Below, in pieces: positions 26,789 to 37,196 of a stretch of 64,000 bases of DNA. Positions within the stretch are counted from its first letter, which is position 1. Every line of letters begins with the position of its first letter. The stretch is from Eubacteriales bacterium (lineage in GTDB: Bacteria > Bacillota > Clostridia > Oscillospirales > CAG-272). The notes under the pieces are model-generated. The model was not told the origin of the DNA. It saw nothing but the letters and a program-made list of their open reading frames with translations, and did not search any database. The stretch spans positions 71,194-135,193 of the forward strand of contig JBJDZN010000076.1 of assembly GCA_051868045.1 (NCBI GenBank). The letters run 5' to 3'. A program made the position numbers and the translations under genes.

Positions 26789-29653
26789 ATGCACGCAACA
26801 CCAAAACGAAGCATCGCAAGAACGGTGTCCCTTCTTGTGGCACTTTCCATGCTTTTTCTTACATCCTCATCCCTGATCGGATGTTTCAGACCGAATCAGT
26901 ATACAGAGGAGACCGGCGACTCTGATGATAAAACGTCCACCACCACTGCTGAGCCCGGTGTGATTGCTGATGTTCCGGTTGTGATGGAGGAGAATTCCGC
27001 ATTGGTGATCACCGAACTGATGGTGAACAATACCGTGGGAATTACCGATCAGAACGGGAACCGTTCCGGATGGATCGAGATATACAATCGCAGCGGCTCT
27101 GCCGTCAACCTGAAGGATTATACACTGGCACTGGGGGATTCCGATCCGGTTGCACTGCCCGACCTGACTGTTTCTGCCGATGATTTTGCCGTTCTGTTTG
27201 CCAATGGCGGAACTTCCTCTGACGGGATCAATATTAAACTCACCTCAAAGGGAGTCCTGATTCTCTATCATGGGGAACTTGCCTCCGATAAGGTCACCTA
27301 TCTGAATGCCAATGCCAATTGCTCCTATCTTCCCGCAACGGGAACCGAAACCTCTCAGCCTACCCCCGGATATGCGGCGGTTAAGGAGAAGGACAGCCTG
27401 ATCATCAGCGAACTGATGGCATCCAACGACCTCTATCCCGTTGGCGGACAGCTTTGCGACTGGGTCGAACTGCTTAACAACGGCGAGAATGACATCGACC
27501 TTTCGAATTACTATGCCTCCGGCAGTGCGGATAATCTTTATCGTTGTCAGCTTCCTGCCAAGGTGCTGAAGCCCGGCGAATATCTGGTGCTTGCCTGCGG
27601 TCAAGACCTGAACTTCAATCTGTCCAAGGATGGGGACAGCATCTTTATCACCCGTTCGGACGGAGTGCTGGCGACCTCTTATAGCTTTGATTCCATGGAA
27701 AAGAATACCTCCTGGACGTGGGATGCAGGCATCGTGACCATTCCTTCTCCCGGCTATGCCAATACCGAAGAGGGCTGGCTGGCGGCGATCCATGAACGCA
27801 AGGGGCTTGTGATCAGCGAGATCATCTCCTCCAACAGCAAGATTTCCCCCAAGGACGGCGAGTACTATGATATGGTGGAACTGTGGAACAACAGCGACAC
27901 GGTCATCAATCTTTCCGATTATTTCCTGTCCGATAAGGACAGTCTGCTGCAACAGTATCAGCTTCCCGCAGGAAATCTGAATCCCGGTGAGGTTACGGTG
28001 GTCTACTGCGACGGCGAAAAGTACGCTCCCTTCAAGATCAGCTCCTCCGGTGAAAAACTGTATGTTTCCACTGCAGACGGCTTTGTGGTCGATGCCATCG
28101 AAGCTCCTGAAATCCCCGTCAACTACAGCTACGGACGCACCAGTGACGGAAAGCTGGCGTATTTCACAACGCCCAGTTTTGGCTCCCTCAACTCCGTGGG
28201 TTCTGCCGGATTGACGGCGGTTCCCGTACCCAGTGTCCTGAGCGGTCTCTATACGGGACCGGTCACCCTGACCCTTGAGGGCGAGGGCAACCTCTATTAC
28301 ACGCTGGACGGTTCCAAGCCTACCAAGAATTCCACTCTCTATCAAGGCGAGACCATCACCATTGAGCAGACGGCTGCCCTTCGGGTTATCGCATACGGAA
28401 CCAACAAAATCCCCTCTGCCGTGACCACCTACAACTATTTTATTGATGTGCCGAGTTATACCCTGCCCATCGTCAAGATTTCCATGTCGAACAGCGATTT
28501 CTATGACGAAAAGACGGGTATTTACCCCAATTACAACACCGATCTGGAGAAGGAAGCAGGCTTTGCCTACTATATCGACGGTGTGGAGCAGTTCTCGGTC
28601 AACTGCGGCATCAAGATTTTCGGAGCCTCCAGCCGACAGTATGCCAAGAAGAGCTATCAGCTCAAATTCCGCTCTGAATACGGTATGTCGACCCTGGAGT
28701 ACAAGATTTTCGACAATCTTGACCTGTCCTCCTTCAACAATCTGGTTCTGCGTTCCGGTTCCCAGAGCATTATGAAGTACCGCACGATGATGACCGATGA
28801 ACTGGTCACCTCTCTGGCGGCAACCTCCGGCAATATGCCCGGGGTTCTGGTGCAGGCGTATAAGCCGGTCAACCTGTATATCAACAGCGAATATATGGGA
28901 ATCTACTTCATCCGTGAGAAGATCGACGAAGATTTCGTTGCCAATCACTGGAATGTCTCTCCTGAAAGCGTTACCATCATCAACTGGGTCAATACCGTAA
29001 AATACGGCGCATCCGATCAGGGCTGGCATGATCTCTGGACCTTCATCTATGAAGAGAAGGCAGATCTGACCGATCCTGAAAATTACCAAAAGGTAGTCGA
29101 TCAGCTGGATCTCCAGAGCCTGATGGATGTCTATATCATGCGAATCTGGGGCGGTGACCGGGATAGCGGCAATATCCGTGCGGTGAAATCCCCCGAGTAC
29201 GGCGACGGAAAGTGGTATTTCATGCTGTTCGACTGCGACCTTTGCTTCGATGTTCGCACGACGCAGGATGAGATCGAGTATATCATGACCAATTCCAATC
29301 TGAACCGTCTCCATGCGATCTTCCGTGCTCTGATGAAAAATGATGAGTTCAAGAGCCTGTTCCTGGAGCGTCTGGGCTATCATATGAACAATACCTTGAC
29401 GCCCGAACTTGCTCAGGCAAGGCTTGATGCCCTGTACAATGAGATTCTGCCGGATATGCCCTATAACGTGGAGCGTTGGAAGGCATACTATCATCCGGAT
29501 ATGGCAACCTGGCAGGCTCAGGTAAATGCCCTCCGTAAGGTGATCGGAACTCAGAGAATGCAGTATTTCGTCACCGATGCAGTGAAGACCTTCGGACTGA
29601 CCGCCGAGGACGTGAAACGGTATTTCGGCGATTCCTTCGTGGAATATATGTAA
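26789..29653 (+). CDS. Secreted lipoprotein with three lamin-tail (LTD) domains, a chitobiase-C-like domain and a CotH kinase domain
   Basis: Lipobox SLIGC. LTD-like repeats appear three times (ITELMVNN...WIEIYN, ISELMASN...WVELLN, ISEIISSN...MVELWN). The CotH region reads GIKIFGASSRQYAKKSYQLKF. Confidence 0.75.
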   Translation: MHATPKRSIARTVSLLVALSMLFLTSSSLIGCFRPNQYTEETGDSDDKTSTTTAEPGVIADVPVVMEENSALVITELMVNNTVGITDQNGNRSGWIEIYNRSGSAVNLKDYTLALGDSDPVALPDLTVSADDFAVLFANGGTSSDGINIKLTSKGVLILYHGELASDKVTYLNANANCSYLPATGTETSQPTPGYAAVKEKDSLIISELMASNDLYPVGGQLCDWVELLNNGENDIDLSNYYASGSADNLYRCQLPAKVLKPGEYLVLACGQDLNFNLSKDGDSIFITRSDGVLATSYSFDSMEKNTSWTWDAGIVTIPSPGYANTEEGWLAAIHERKGLVISEIISSNSKISPKDGEYYDMVELWNNSDTVINLSDYFLSDKDSLLQQYQLPAGNLNPGEVTVVYCDGEKYAPFKISSSGEKLYVSTADGFVVDAIEAPEIPVNYSYGRTSDGKLAYFTTPSFGSLNSVGSAGLTAVPVPSVLSGLYTGPVTLTLEGEGNLYYTLDGSKPTKNSTLYQGETITIEQTAALRVIAYGTNKIPSAVTTYNYFIDVPSYTLPIVKISMSNSDFYDEKTGIYPNYNTDLEKEAGFAYYIDGVEQFSVNCGIKIFGASSRQYAKKSYQLKFRSEYGMSTLEYKIFDNLDLSSFNNLVLRSGSQSIMKYRTMMTDELVTSLAATSGNMPGVLVQAYKPVNLYINSEYMGIYFIREKIDEDFVANHWNVSPESVTIINWVNTVKYGASDQGWHDLWTFIYEEKADLTDPENYQKVVDQLDLQSLMDVYIMRIWGGDRDSGNIRAVKSPEYGDGKWYFMLFDCDLCFDVRTTQDEIEYIMTNSNLNRLHAIFRALMKNDEFKSLFLERLGYHMNNTLTPELAQARLDALYNEILPDMPYNVERWKAYYHPDMATWQAQVNALRKVIGTQRMQYFVTDAVKTFGLTAEDVKRYFGDSFVEYM

Positions 29654-29673
29654 CCGGCGTTTTCCCGGAAGTT

Positions 29674-29714
29674 GGGCGGTGTGACGATCCATCACACCGC
29701 CCATGAGTCTTTTT
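29674..29714 (+). terminator. Terminator after the CotH gene
   Basis: 11-bp stem GGGCGGTGTGA/TCACACCGCCC with a T-run 8 nt downstream. Confidence 0.55.
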
Positions 29715-29794
29715 ATTGACCATCATCGGATGGGATGACGGTTTGCACCCTGACGAAAATTTGTACCCCAAAAAATGAAGGTGGAAAAGACGGT

Positions 29795-30802
29795 ATGAAA
29801 ACGAAAAATCCCTTTCCCTATTCGGACAGCAATAAGCGGTATTATACGTATGACTACTTTCTTCGCCAAAAGTTCGGCAGGAAGGTCTGCAAAATCCCCC
29901 TGGACATCGGATGCACCTGCCCCAATGCCGACGGTACCAAGGGGGTCGGCGGCTGTACCTATTGCTCTCCCAGAGGAAGCGGCGATTTTGCCGGCTTACC
30001 CGATCAGTCGGTTGCCGATCAGGTAAAGCAGGGCAGAGAAGTCATGGTGCGCAAATGGGGAAGCAAAATCGGGTGTATCCCCTACTTTCAGGCGCATACC
30101 AATACCTATGGGGACCCTGCGGCATTGATCGGCAAATATGAGGAGGCCCTGTCCTGCCCTGATGTGGTGGGCATTTCCATTGCCACCCGTGCCGACTGCC
30201 TGTCCGATCCCATCGTAGAAGCACTGCACAGGCTGGCAGAAAAGACCTTTCTGACGGTGGAATTGGGACTTCAGACCGTCCACGACGAAACGGCAAAGAG
30301 AATCAACCGGTGCCATAGCTATGCGGATTTTCTCGATGGCTTCCTAAAACTCCGGGGACTGAACGTCTGCATCCATCTGATCAACGGGCTTCCCGGAGAG
30401 TCCCATGCGGATATGCTGGAGTCCGCTAAAGAGGTGGCAAAACTGCACCCCGCTTTTCTGAAGCTCCATCTGCTTCATATTCTGGACGGAACGCCCATGG
30501 GGGAAGAGTACCGCAGAGGAGAGATCACGCCTCTTTCAAGGGAGGAATATGTTCAGATCGTCTGCGATCAGCTCGAGGTTCTGCCTCCCGATGTGGTAAT
30601 CGGAAGGGTGACGGGAGACGGTGCCCCCGAACGGCTGCTTGCCCCTGACTGGAGCCGCAAAAAGTTTGTGGTCATGAATGAAATCGACAAGGAACTGCTC
30701 AGACGGGGCAGTATGCAGGGGCTGAACGCTGTGAATCAAAATTTTTCTGCACCGAATCCCGGTTTTTGTGAAAAAAATGTTGACATACCCGAGAAATCAT
30801 GA
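29795..30802 (+). CDS. Radical SAM protein, TIGR01212/YhcC-like family
   Basis: Start MKTKNPFPYS with an SD. CxxxxxxxxxCxxC-type cluster (GCTCPNADGTKGVGGCTYC). Confidence 0.8.
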   Translation: MKTKNPFPYSDSNKRYYTYDYFLRQKFGRKVCKIPLDIGCTCPNADGTKGVGGCTYCSPRGSGDFAGLPDQSVADQVKQGREVMVRKWGSKIGCIPYFQAHTNTYGDPAALIGKYEEALSCPDVVGISIATRADCLSDPIVEALHRLAEKTFLTVELGLQTVHDETAKRINRCHSYADFLDGFLKLRGLNVCIHLINGLPGESHADMLESAKEVAKLHPAFLKLHLLHILDGTPMGEEYRRGEITPLSREEYVQIVCDQLEVLPPDVVIGRVTGDGAPERLLAPDWSRKKFVVMNEIDKELLRRGSMQGLNAVNQNFSAPNPGFCEKNVDIPEKS

Positions 30803-30879
30803 TAAAATAAAGGTAGCTTTTGAACTTTGGAATGAACCCGGGATCGGCGACCCAAACCCGGTGTGAAAGGAGCTTTTTC

Positions 30880-31854
30880 ATGGATACCATTCGTGAAATG
30901 TATCAAACGATCATCAAGGGATTTATGAATCTGTCCGTGATTGATGTTCTGGACATTCTGGTGATCTCCCTGCTGTTTTACTGGTTCATCCGTTTCATCC
31001 GTGACAGACGGGCGGGGAAACTGGCGTTTGGCGTGGCGACGCTGTTTGTCGTGCAGTTTCTCGGCTCCATTCTCAATCTGAAGGCGGTCAGCTTCATTTT
31101 ACAGAATCTGTTCCAGATCGGACTGACGGCACTGATTGTTATTTTCCAGCCCGAGATACGGGATGTGCTGGAAAAGGTGGGCGGCGTACGCAACCTGATC
31201 CCTCATAATGAGACCAAAGGCACGGCACAACTGAAAAATACCATCAAGAATGTCTGCGAGGCGGCATGCGATATGTCTTCCGACCAGACCGGTGCCCTGA
31301 TTGTTCTGGAGCGGACCACGGGTCTTGAGGAATATGTCTGCTCGGGAACCCTTATCAATGCAGATGTCAGCAAACAGCTGATCAAGAATTTGTTTTTCAA
31401 CAAAGCTCCCCTGCACGACGGTGCCGTCGTGATCAAGAATAACCGGATCCATTCGGCGGGCTGTAAGCTGCCCCTTGCCACCAACGTGGTGGGAAAGGAT
31501 TTCGGAACGAGACACCGTGCCGCCATCGGCATGAGTGATAAGAGCGACGCCGTGGTTGTTGTCGTCAGTGAAGAGACCGGTACGATTTCCCTGGCTTTGG
31601 GCGGCGAACTGAAGCGAAACTATGACTATACCCGTTTGTATACCGAGCTTATGGATTTGATGAGCCATAAACAGATAACCGAGATTGTGACGGGCGGAAA
31701 GATGACCTGGCAGGACAGACGGGCTGCCAAGGCGGCAAAACGGGCGGAAGAGGCCATTGCCGTTGCCAACCGTGAGCAGGAGAAGGCAATGCGGGAAAAG
31801 CAGAAGCCCGAGACACCGTCATCGTCGGAATCTCCCTCTGACAGAATCCGATAA
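30880..31854 (+). CDS. cdaA: Diadenylate cyclase CdaA, with a charged C-terminal extension
   Basis: Three N-terminal TM helices. DAC motifs DGAVVI and TRHRAAIGMS...VVVVVSEETGTIS. Confidence 0.9.
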   Translation: MDTIREMYQTIIKGFMNLSVIDVLDILVISLLFYWFIRFIRDRRAGKLAFGVATLFVVQFLGSILNLKAVSFILQNLFQIGLTALIVIFQPEIRDVLEKVGGVRNLIPHNETKGTAQLKNTIKNVCEAACDMSSDQTGALIVLERTTGLEEYVCSGTLINADVSKQLIKNLFFNKAPLHDGAVVIKNNRIHSAGCKLPLATNVVGKDFGTRHRAAIGMSDKSDAVVVVVSEETGTISLALGGELKRNYDYTRLYTELMDLMSHKQITEIVTGGKMTWQDRRAAKAAKRAEEAIAVANREQEKAMREKQKPETPSSSESPSDRIR

Positions 31855-31906
31855 GGAATTGTCAGGAGGCGGAGTGCAGGCAGATTGAAGAAAGGCTGGG
31901 GAAAAA

Positions 31907-33346
31907 GTGAATTCCAATAAGTCGGATAACAATAAGTCGGATAAATCGAATATAAAAGAATATGTTGCCAATGAGGGCAGAACAGACTATGTGGTTACCC
32001 ATACCCGCCGTACCAACGTGATCGCCTATGTTCTCTCCCTGATTGCGGCAATCGTGCTGTGGAGTTATGTGACGGTCAATCAGCAGGTGGACACCTCTTC
32101 TGTGGTGTTCAACTCCCTGTCGCTGGAGTTTATCGGAGAAAGCGACCTGAAGAATCAGTACGGTCTGATCGTTCAGTCGGTCAGCGAGGAGTCGCTGTCG
32201 GTGTCCCTGACAGGTAAGAGCGATGATGTCAAGAATCTGAACAGCTCGTCCATTCGTCTGTTCGTGGATTTGTCCGAGCAGAAGATCGACTCGGCGGGAA
32301 CCTATGAATTCAAGATTCACTCGGAGATTCCCGACGGCTTTGACTATGTTCTGTCTGCCGATAAGGTGCAGGTCAGTATTGATAAGCCCGAAACCAAGGT
32401 GCTGACGGTGGACAGTGAGAACATCCAGTTAAACGGACTGGTCCGTGAGACCGGATGCACCATTGTCGATCGCTCCATGAACATCACCAAGGTAACGCTG
32501 GAGGGCAATACCACCAATTTGAGCCGTGTGGCAGGCGTACAGATCCGAACCGATACCATCGGTATGATTTCCAGCAGTCATGTCAGCGTTCCCGCCCACG
32601 TCTATCTGCTGGACGATACGGGAAAAGAACTGGACCTGCCGATTTCGATCACAACCGATGCTCCCGGTCAGGAAATTGAAGTGACGCTGACCGCCTATAT
32701 GGAGAAGGAAGTGGAGCTGACGGTTGATCAGCTGAACGGGTATCTGAAAGGCGAGGATCTCATTCGGATTACTCCTGCGAAGGTACGGGTGTACGGTGAA
32801 CTGGATCTGGTTAATAAGCTGGAAGGCAAGATCTCCCTGCTTCTGCCCGATGCAGAATATGTGACGGACGGCAAGCTCAATGAAAAGAAACTGCTTGGAG
32901 ATATGACCCTCAGCAATGTGGGACTGAATCTCCAGGCGGAGGCAGAGAGCCTGATCGTGACCCAGATCGACGGCTCTGAATATACCGGGGCAACGGTAAC
33001 CATTCATGTCAGTGATCTTCGAACCGAAATTTTGCAGCTTTCCAACTTTGAACTGGGCGGTGCCGATGGCTTTGCCGTTGCCGATCCCTTCCTTTCTGTC
33101 AGCTTCCGTGCCATCGGAAGCGGTGACGAGATGGATATGCTGATTGCCGAGCAGTCGAATATCGTCCTTCATGTCAGCACTTCCACCTATAATCCCGAAA
33201 CGGGAAAAGCATCGGTTGTGATATTGATTCCCGATCAGTACCGTAGTTATGTCTACGAAGTCGGCAGTTATGAAGTTCAGCTGATTCCCGTAGCACCGAC
33301 AGAATCCGGTGATGTCGGATCAGAATCTGATGCGGCAGAGGGATAA
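31907..33346 (+). CDS. cdaR: CdaR / YbbR-domain regulator of CdaA
   Basis: GTG start, N-terminal TM helix and repeated YbbR-like beta domains. It sits directly after cdaA. Confidence 0.75.
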   Translation: MNSNKSDNNKSDKSNIKEYVANEGRTDYVVTHTRRTNVIAYVLSLIAAIVLWSYVTVNQQVDTSSVVFNSLSLEFIGESDLKNQYGLIVQSVSEESLSVSLTGKSDDVKNLNSSSIRLFVDLSEQKIDSAGTYEFKIHSEIPDGFDYVLSADKVQVSIDKPETKVLTVDSENIQLNGLVRETGCTIVDRSMNITKVTLEGNTTNLSRVAGVQIRTDTIGMISSSHVSVPAHVYLLDDTGKELDLPISITTDAPGQEIEVTLTAYMEKEVELTVDQLNGYLKGEDLIRITPAKVRVYGELDLVNKLEGKISLLLPDAEYVTDGKLNEKKLLGDMTLSNVGLNLQAEAESLIVTQIDGSEYTGATVTIHVSDLRTEILQLSNFELGGADGFAVADPFLSVSFRAIGSGDEMDMLIAEQSNIVLHVSTSTYNPETGKASVVILIPDQYRSYVYEVGSYEVQLIPVAPTESGDVGSESDAAEG

Positions 33347-33349
33347 GAC

Positions 33350-34951
33350 ATGAGCAAAATTCTCCTTCATAATATCAAGGTTAGAGTCACCGATCCGGAC
33401 CCCGATGAAAAAGCACTATCTTTTGCATCCTCCCGCCTTCGGCGGGAGGGTATTTTCCCCAAGGGTGTGTCTGTGGCGAAGAAATCCATAGATGCCAGAA
33501 AAAAAGGGGACATTTTCTTCCTTTATTCGGTGGCAGTGGAGACAGAAAAGTCTGTCGGGATGAAAAAAATGACCGCTCTGGATGCCGTGGAGCTGAAAGA
33601 GAGCAAGCTTGACATCACTTTTGGAGAGCAGATACTGGATGCGCCTCCCGTTGTGGTGGGATTCGGTCCCTGCGGTATGTTCCACGCTCTGCTTCTTGCC
33701 GAAAACGGCTATCGTCCCATCGTGCTGGAGCGGGGCGGCAATGTCCGGGAGCGTCAATCGGCGGTGAATGCCTTTTATCGGACGGGGATCCTGGACCCTG
33801 AGCAGAATATTCAGTTCGGCGCAGGCGGGGCAGGAACCTTCTCGGACGGCAAACTGATCACCCGTATCAATGATCCCAAGTGCAGTTACGTTCTGGAGCG
33901 GCTTTGCGAATTCGGCGCACCCGGAGAAATTCTGACCTGCGCAAAACCCCATATCGGAACCGACCTTCTGATGGGCATCGTGGACCGCATTGCTCATCGG
34001 ATCACCGACCTTGGCGGTCGGATTGAATATCATACCAAACTCATCGGAATGCGCACCGATGGCTTAGGCAAAGTGATTGCCGCCGTCACCGACTGCGGGG
34101 AAATCCCCTGCGGAACCCTGACGCTGGCACCCGGACACAGCAGCAGAGACACCTACCTCTGGCTGATGGATCGGGGGATTGCTGTGGAACCCAAAGCCTT
34201 TTCGGTGGGCGTTCGGATTGAGCATCTGCAGCAGCGAATCAGCGAGGCGTTGTACGGCGATTTTGCCCCTTTACTGCCTCCCGGAGAGTACGGACTTTCC
34301 AAAAGAATCGGGGATCGGGGCGTTTACTCCTTCTGTATGTGTCCCGGCGGCGTTGTGGTCGCCGCAACCTCCGAGGAGGGAGCCGTGGTCACCAACGGCA
34401 TGAGTTATCATGCCCGTGACGGCAAGAATGCCAACTCGGCACTGGCAGTGTCGGTGTTCCCGTCGGATGTGGGCGGAACGCCTGCAAGTGCGATCGCTTT
34501 CCAGCGATCACTTGAACAGGCGGCATATCGGGCAGGCGGCGCAAACTATAATGCCCCTTTGCAAACGGTGGGCGATTTTCTGTCCGGGAAATCGGGCTCT
34601 GAGCCCACCGACGTGCAGTCCACCTATATGGGCGGCGGTCACTTTGCCCTTTGCGACCTTCATCAGGTTCTGCCTCCCTTTGTGACTGCCATGCTGGAGA
34701 CGGGCATACAGGATTTCGGAAGGAAAATCCCCGGTTTTGACTGCCCCTCCGCTCTGCTGACGGGAGTGGAAAGCCGGACCTCCGCCCCTCTGCGGATTTT
34801 GCGGGGACCGGACGGAGCGGCATTGGAACACGGCAATTTCTATCCTGCCGGAGAGGGTGCCGGATATGCGGGGGGAATCACCTCCGCCGCCGTAGACGGA
34901 ATCCATTCTGCTCTTGCGATTATGCGAAAATATAAGCCCGTCTGCGGCTGA
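33350..34951 (+). CDS. FAD-dependent protein (COG2509-like NAD(P)/FAD oxidoreductase)
   Basis: Dinucleotide fold VVVGFGPCGMFHALLLAENG and GAGGAGTFSDGKL. C-terminal GEGAGYAGGI. Confidence 0.8.
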   Translation: MSKILLHNIKVRVTDPDPDEKALSFASSRLRREGIFPKGVSVAKKSIDARKKGDIFFLYSVAVETEKSVGMKKMTALDAVELKESKLDITFGEQILDAPPVVVGFGPCGMFHALLLAENGYRPIVLERGGNVRERQSAVNAFYRTGILDPEQNIQFGAGGAGTFSDGKLITRINDPKCSYVLERLCEFGAPGEILTCAKPHIGTDLLMGIVDRIAHRITDLGGRIEYHTKLIGMRTDGLGKVIAAVTDCGEIPCGTLTLAPGHSSRDTYLWLMDRGIAVEPKAFSVGVRIEHLQQRISEALYGDFAPLLPPGEYGLSKRIGDRGVYSFCMCPGGVVVAATSEEGAVVTNGMSYHARDGKNANSALAVSVFPSDVGGTPASAIAFQRSLEQAAYRAGGANYNAPLQTVGDFLSGKSGSEPTDVQSTYMGGGHFALCDLHQVLPPFVTAMLETGIQDFGRKIPGFDCPSALLTGVESRTSAPLRILRGPDGAALEHGNFYPAGEGAGYAGGITSAAVDGIHSALAIMRKYKPVCG

Positions 34952-34993
34952 TCCATAAAAATGATTGAAACTGACGGAAAGGAAGAAATTTGT

Positions 34994-37114
34994 ATGAAGA
35001 AGAGGTGGACGATACGGTCCGACTACCCCGGGGAGAGTCCCGAGATTTGTCGGTTGGGGAGCCGTCTGAATGTGACTCCCCTGACGGCGGGATTGCTTTG
35101 GAATCGAGGAATTCGGGACTATGAGTCTGCCTATCACTTCCTTTCCCATGCGGACAGCACCTTTCACGATCCCTATCTGCTGGCGGATATGGATAAGGCA
35201 GTGGAACGGGTCGAGCGGGCATTGGAGGTCGGCGAGAGGATTGCCATCTATGGCGACTATGATGTGGACGGCGTGACCTCTACCTCACTGCTCTATCTTT
35301 ATCTGACCTCCAGAGGGGCAAAAAACCTGTCCTATTACATTCCCGCCCGTGTGGATGAGGGGTATGGCGTCAATCGGAATGCCATCGAGCGGCTTTCGGC
35401 AGAGGGGGTTACCCTGCTGATTACCGTGGATACAGGCGTCACTGCCATTGAAGAAACAAAACTGGCAAGGGAATTGGGCATGGATCTGGTCATTACCGAC
35501 CATCATGAGTGTCGTGAGATTCTGCCCGATGCTGTTGCAGTGGTCAATCCCATGCGAAGCGATGAGGCGAACCGCTATCCCTTTTCCCCTCTTGCCGGAG
35601 TGGGAGTAGCATTTAAACTGGTCACTGCCATGGAAATCCGAAGATTGGGCAGGGACGCCGATTATCTCAGCGAAATTTGTGCAAAATATGTCGATCTGGT
35701 CGCCATCGGAACCATTTCCGATGTGATGCCCCTGTTGGATGAAAACCGACTGTTCGTCAGCATGGGACTTCATCAGCTTTCGAAGAATCCCAGACCTGCT
35801 GTCAGCCTTCTGCTGGAAGAGGCAAACCGCAGAAGCGGTCGGAGCGATGCTCCCAAAAGCGTCATTACCTCGTCGGTGATCAGCTATACCGTGGCACCCA
35901 GAATCAACGCCGCAGGTCGGATGGATCGGGCGGATAAGGCGGTCACACTGTTTCTTTCCGACGATCCTGAGGTGATTCGTGCGGCGGCATCGGAGCTGTG
36001 TGACATCAATAAAATGCGTCAGGATGAGGAGAATCACATTGTCGATGAGGCGGTTGCCATGATCGAAGCCCTTCCTGCCGATCCCAACCGTCGGGTGCTG
36101 GTGCTGGCAAGCGATCATTGGAATTCGGGAGTCATCGGAATTGTCGCCTCCCGCATTACCGAGCGGTACGGAATGCCCTCCATTCTCATCACTTTCGACG
36201 GAGAGGATGGAAAAGGCTCAGGACGTTCGGTCAAGGGGCTGAACCTGGTGGAGGCTCTTGCCGACAGCTCCGATCTGCTGGTCAAATTCGGCGGTCATGA
36301 GCTGGCGGCGGGGCTGTCGGTCAAACGGGATCATCTGGATGCCTTCATTGCCCGAATCAATCGGTTTGCCTTGAATAAGATCAACGACCAGACCGATCTG
36401 ACACCGGTGCTGTCGGTGGATTTCCCGGTAAGAGCCGAGGATCTGACCCTGGTACAGGCAGATCAGCTTCGGATTCTGGAACCATACGGAGCGGGAAATC
36501 CGACGCCGCTCTTCCTTTTGCAGAATGTCAAAGTGTCGGACATCACCGAGCTGGCGGGGAAACACACCAAACTCAGTGTCCGGGCGAATGGACTGACCTT
36601 CGTCGCCCTCTGCTTCGGCTCACCCAGAGCGACGCTTGACCTTGTCTGTGGGGACAGCGTGGATCTGGTTTTCCAACTGAATGTGAACGAATTCAGAGGG
36701 AACCATAGCGTTCAGTTGATTGTCAAGGATTTCCGTACCACAGGGGTTCAGATCAACCCCTCGGATGTGGGACTTGCGGCTGAAATTCTGGCAGGCGGCA
36801 GTTTTTGCGAGTCCGACGGATTTCTCCCTTGCCGGGATGATTTTGCCAGAATCTATCTCTATCTGAAGCATCGAAGCGGGCAGGGCAGGGACAAATATAT
36901 CAGCAGTCGGGAGTTTTTGACGGCTTATCCTGACATCGGCTATGTGAAACTGCACCTGATTCTTGAAGTTCTGGCGGAAACGGGACTTTTAAGTCTTGAC
37001 GGCGGCAGCATTGCCTCCGATCTTGCCATTTACACCCTGAGCCCCGTGCGGCAGAAAATTGATCTGGAAAGATCGGCACTTTATCTGAAAATCAAGTCGG
37101 CGATGAAAAGCTGA
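34994..37114 (+). CDS. recJ: Single-stranded-DNA-specific exonuclease RecJ
   Basis: DHH motifs IYGDYDVDGVTS, ITVDTG and ITDHHE, plus the DHHA1 motif GGHELAAG. Confidence 0.95.
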   Translation: MKKRWTIRSDYPGESPEICRLGSRLNVTPLTAGLLWNRGIRDYESAYHFLSHADSTFHDPYLLADMDKAVERVERALEVGERIAIYGDYDVDGVTSTSLLYLYLTSRGAKNLSYYIPARVDEGYGVNRNAIERLSAEGVTLLITVDTGVTAIEETKLARELGMDLVITDHHECREILPDAVAVVNPMRSDEANRYPFSPLAGVGVAFKLVTAMEIRRLGRDADYLSEICAKYVDLVAIGTISDVMPLLDENRLFVSMGLHQLSKNPRPAVSLLLEEANRRSGRSDAPKSVITSSVISYTVAPRINAAGRMDRADKAVTLFLSDDPEVIRAAASELCDINKMRQDEENHIVDEAVAMIEALPADPNRRVLVLASDHWNSGVIGIVASRITERYGMPSILITFDGEDGKGSGRSVKGLNLVEALADSSDLLVKFGGHELAAGLSVKRDHLDAFIARINRFALNKINDQTDLTPVLSVDFPVRAEDLTLVQADQLRILEPYGAGNPTPLFLLQNVKVSDITELAGKHTKLSVRANGLTFVALCFGSPRATLDLVCGDSVDLVFQLNVNEFRGNHSVQLIVKDFRTTGVQINPSDVGLAAEILAGGSFCESDGFLPCRDDFARIYLYLKHRSGQGRDKYISSREFLTAYPDIGYVKLHLILEVLAETGLLSLDGGSIASDLAIYTLSPVRQKIDLERSALYLKIKSAMKS

Positions 37115-37196
37115 CGACCCGTGACATTGAAGTTATGCAGGTTCAGTCCAATGAGCTGATTTATTGTATTGAACCGACGTTTGGGGGGAAGATCCA

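Noticed and set aside
27245-29704. Very long antisense ORFs. Examples: 819 aa opposite cotH, 560 aa at 37761-39443 opposite rel, 764 aa at 54741-57035 opposite the LRR gene, 397 aa at 11970-13163, 434 aa at 49552-50856 and 389 aa at 61085-62254.
   Set aside because: Each lies fully inside a gene with clear family motifs on the other strand. Their translations are low-complexity (rich in G, R, D, H and Q) with no recognisable domains or SD sequences. This is a typical artefact of stop-codon depletion opposite GC-rich coding DNA.
26356-29714. A genomic island integrated at tRNA-Glu and carrying cotH.
   Set aside because: There is no integrase, recombinase or mobility gene. I found no direct repeat of the tRNA 3' end downstream of cotH.
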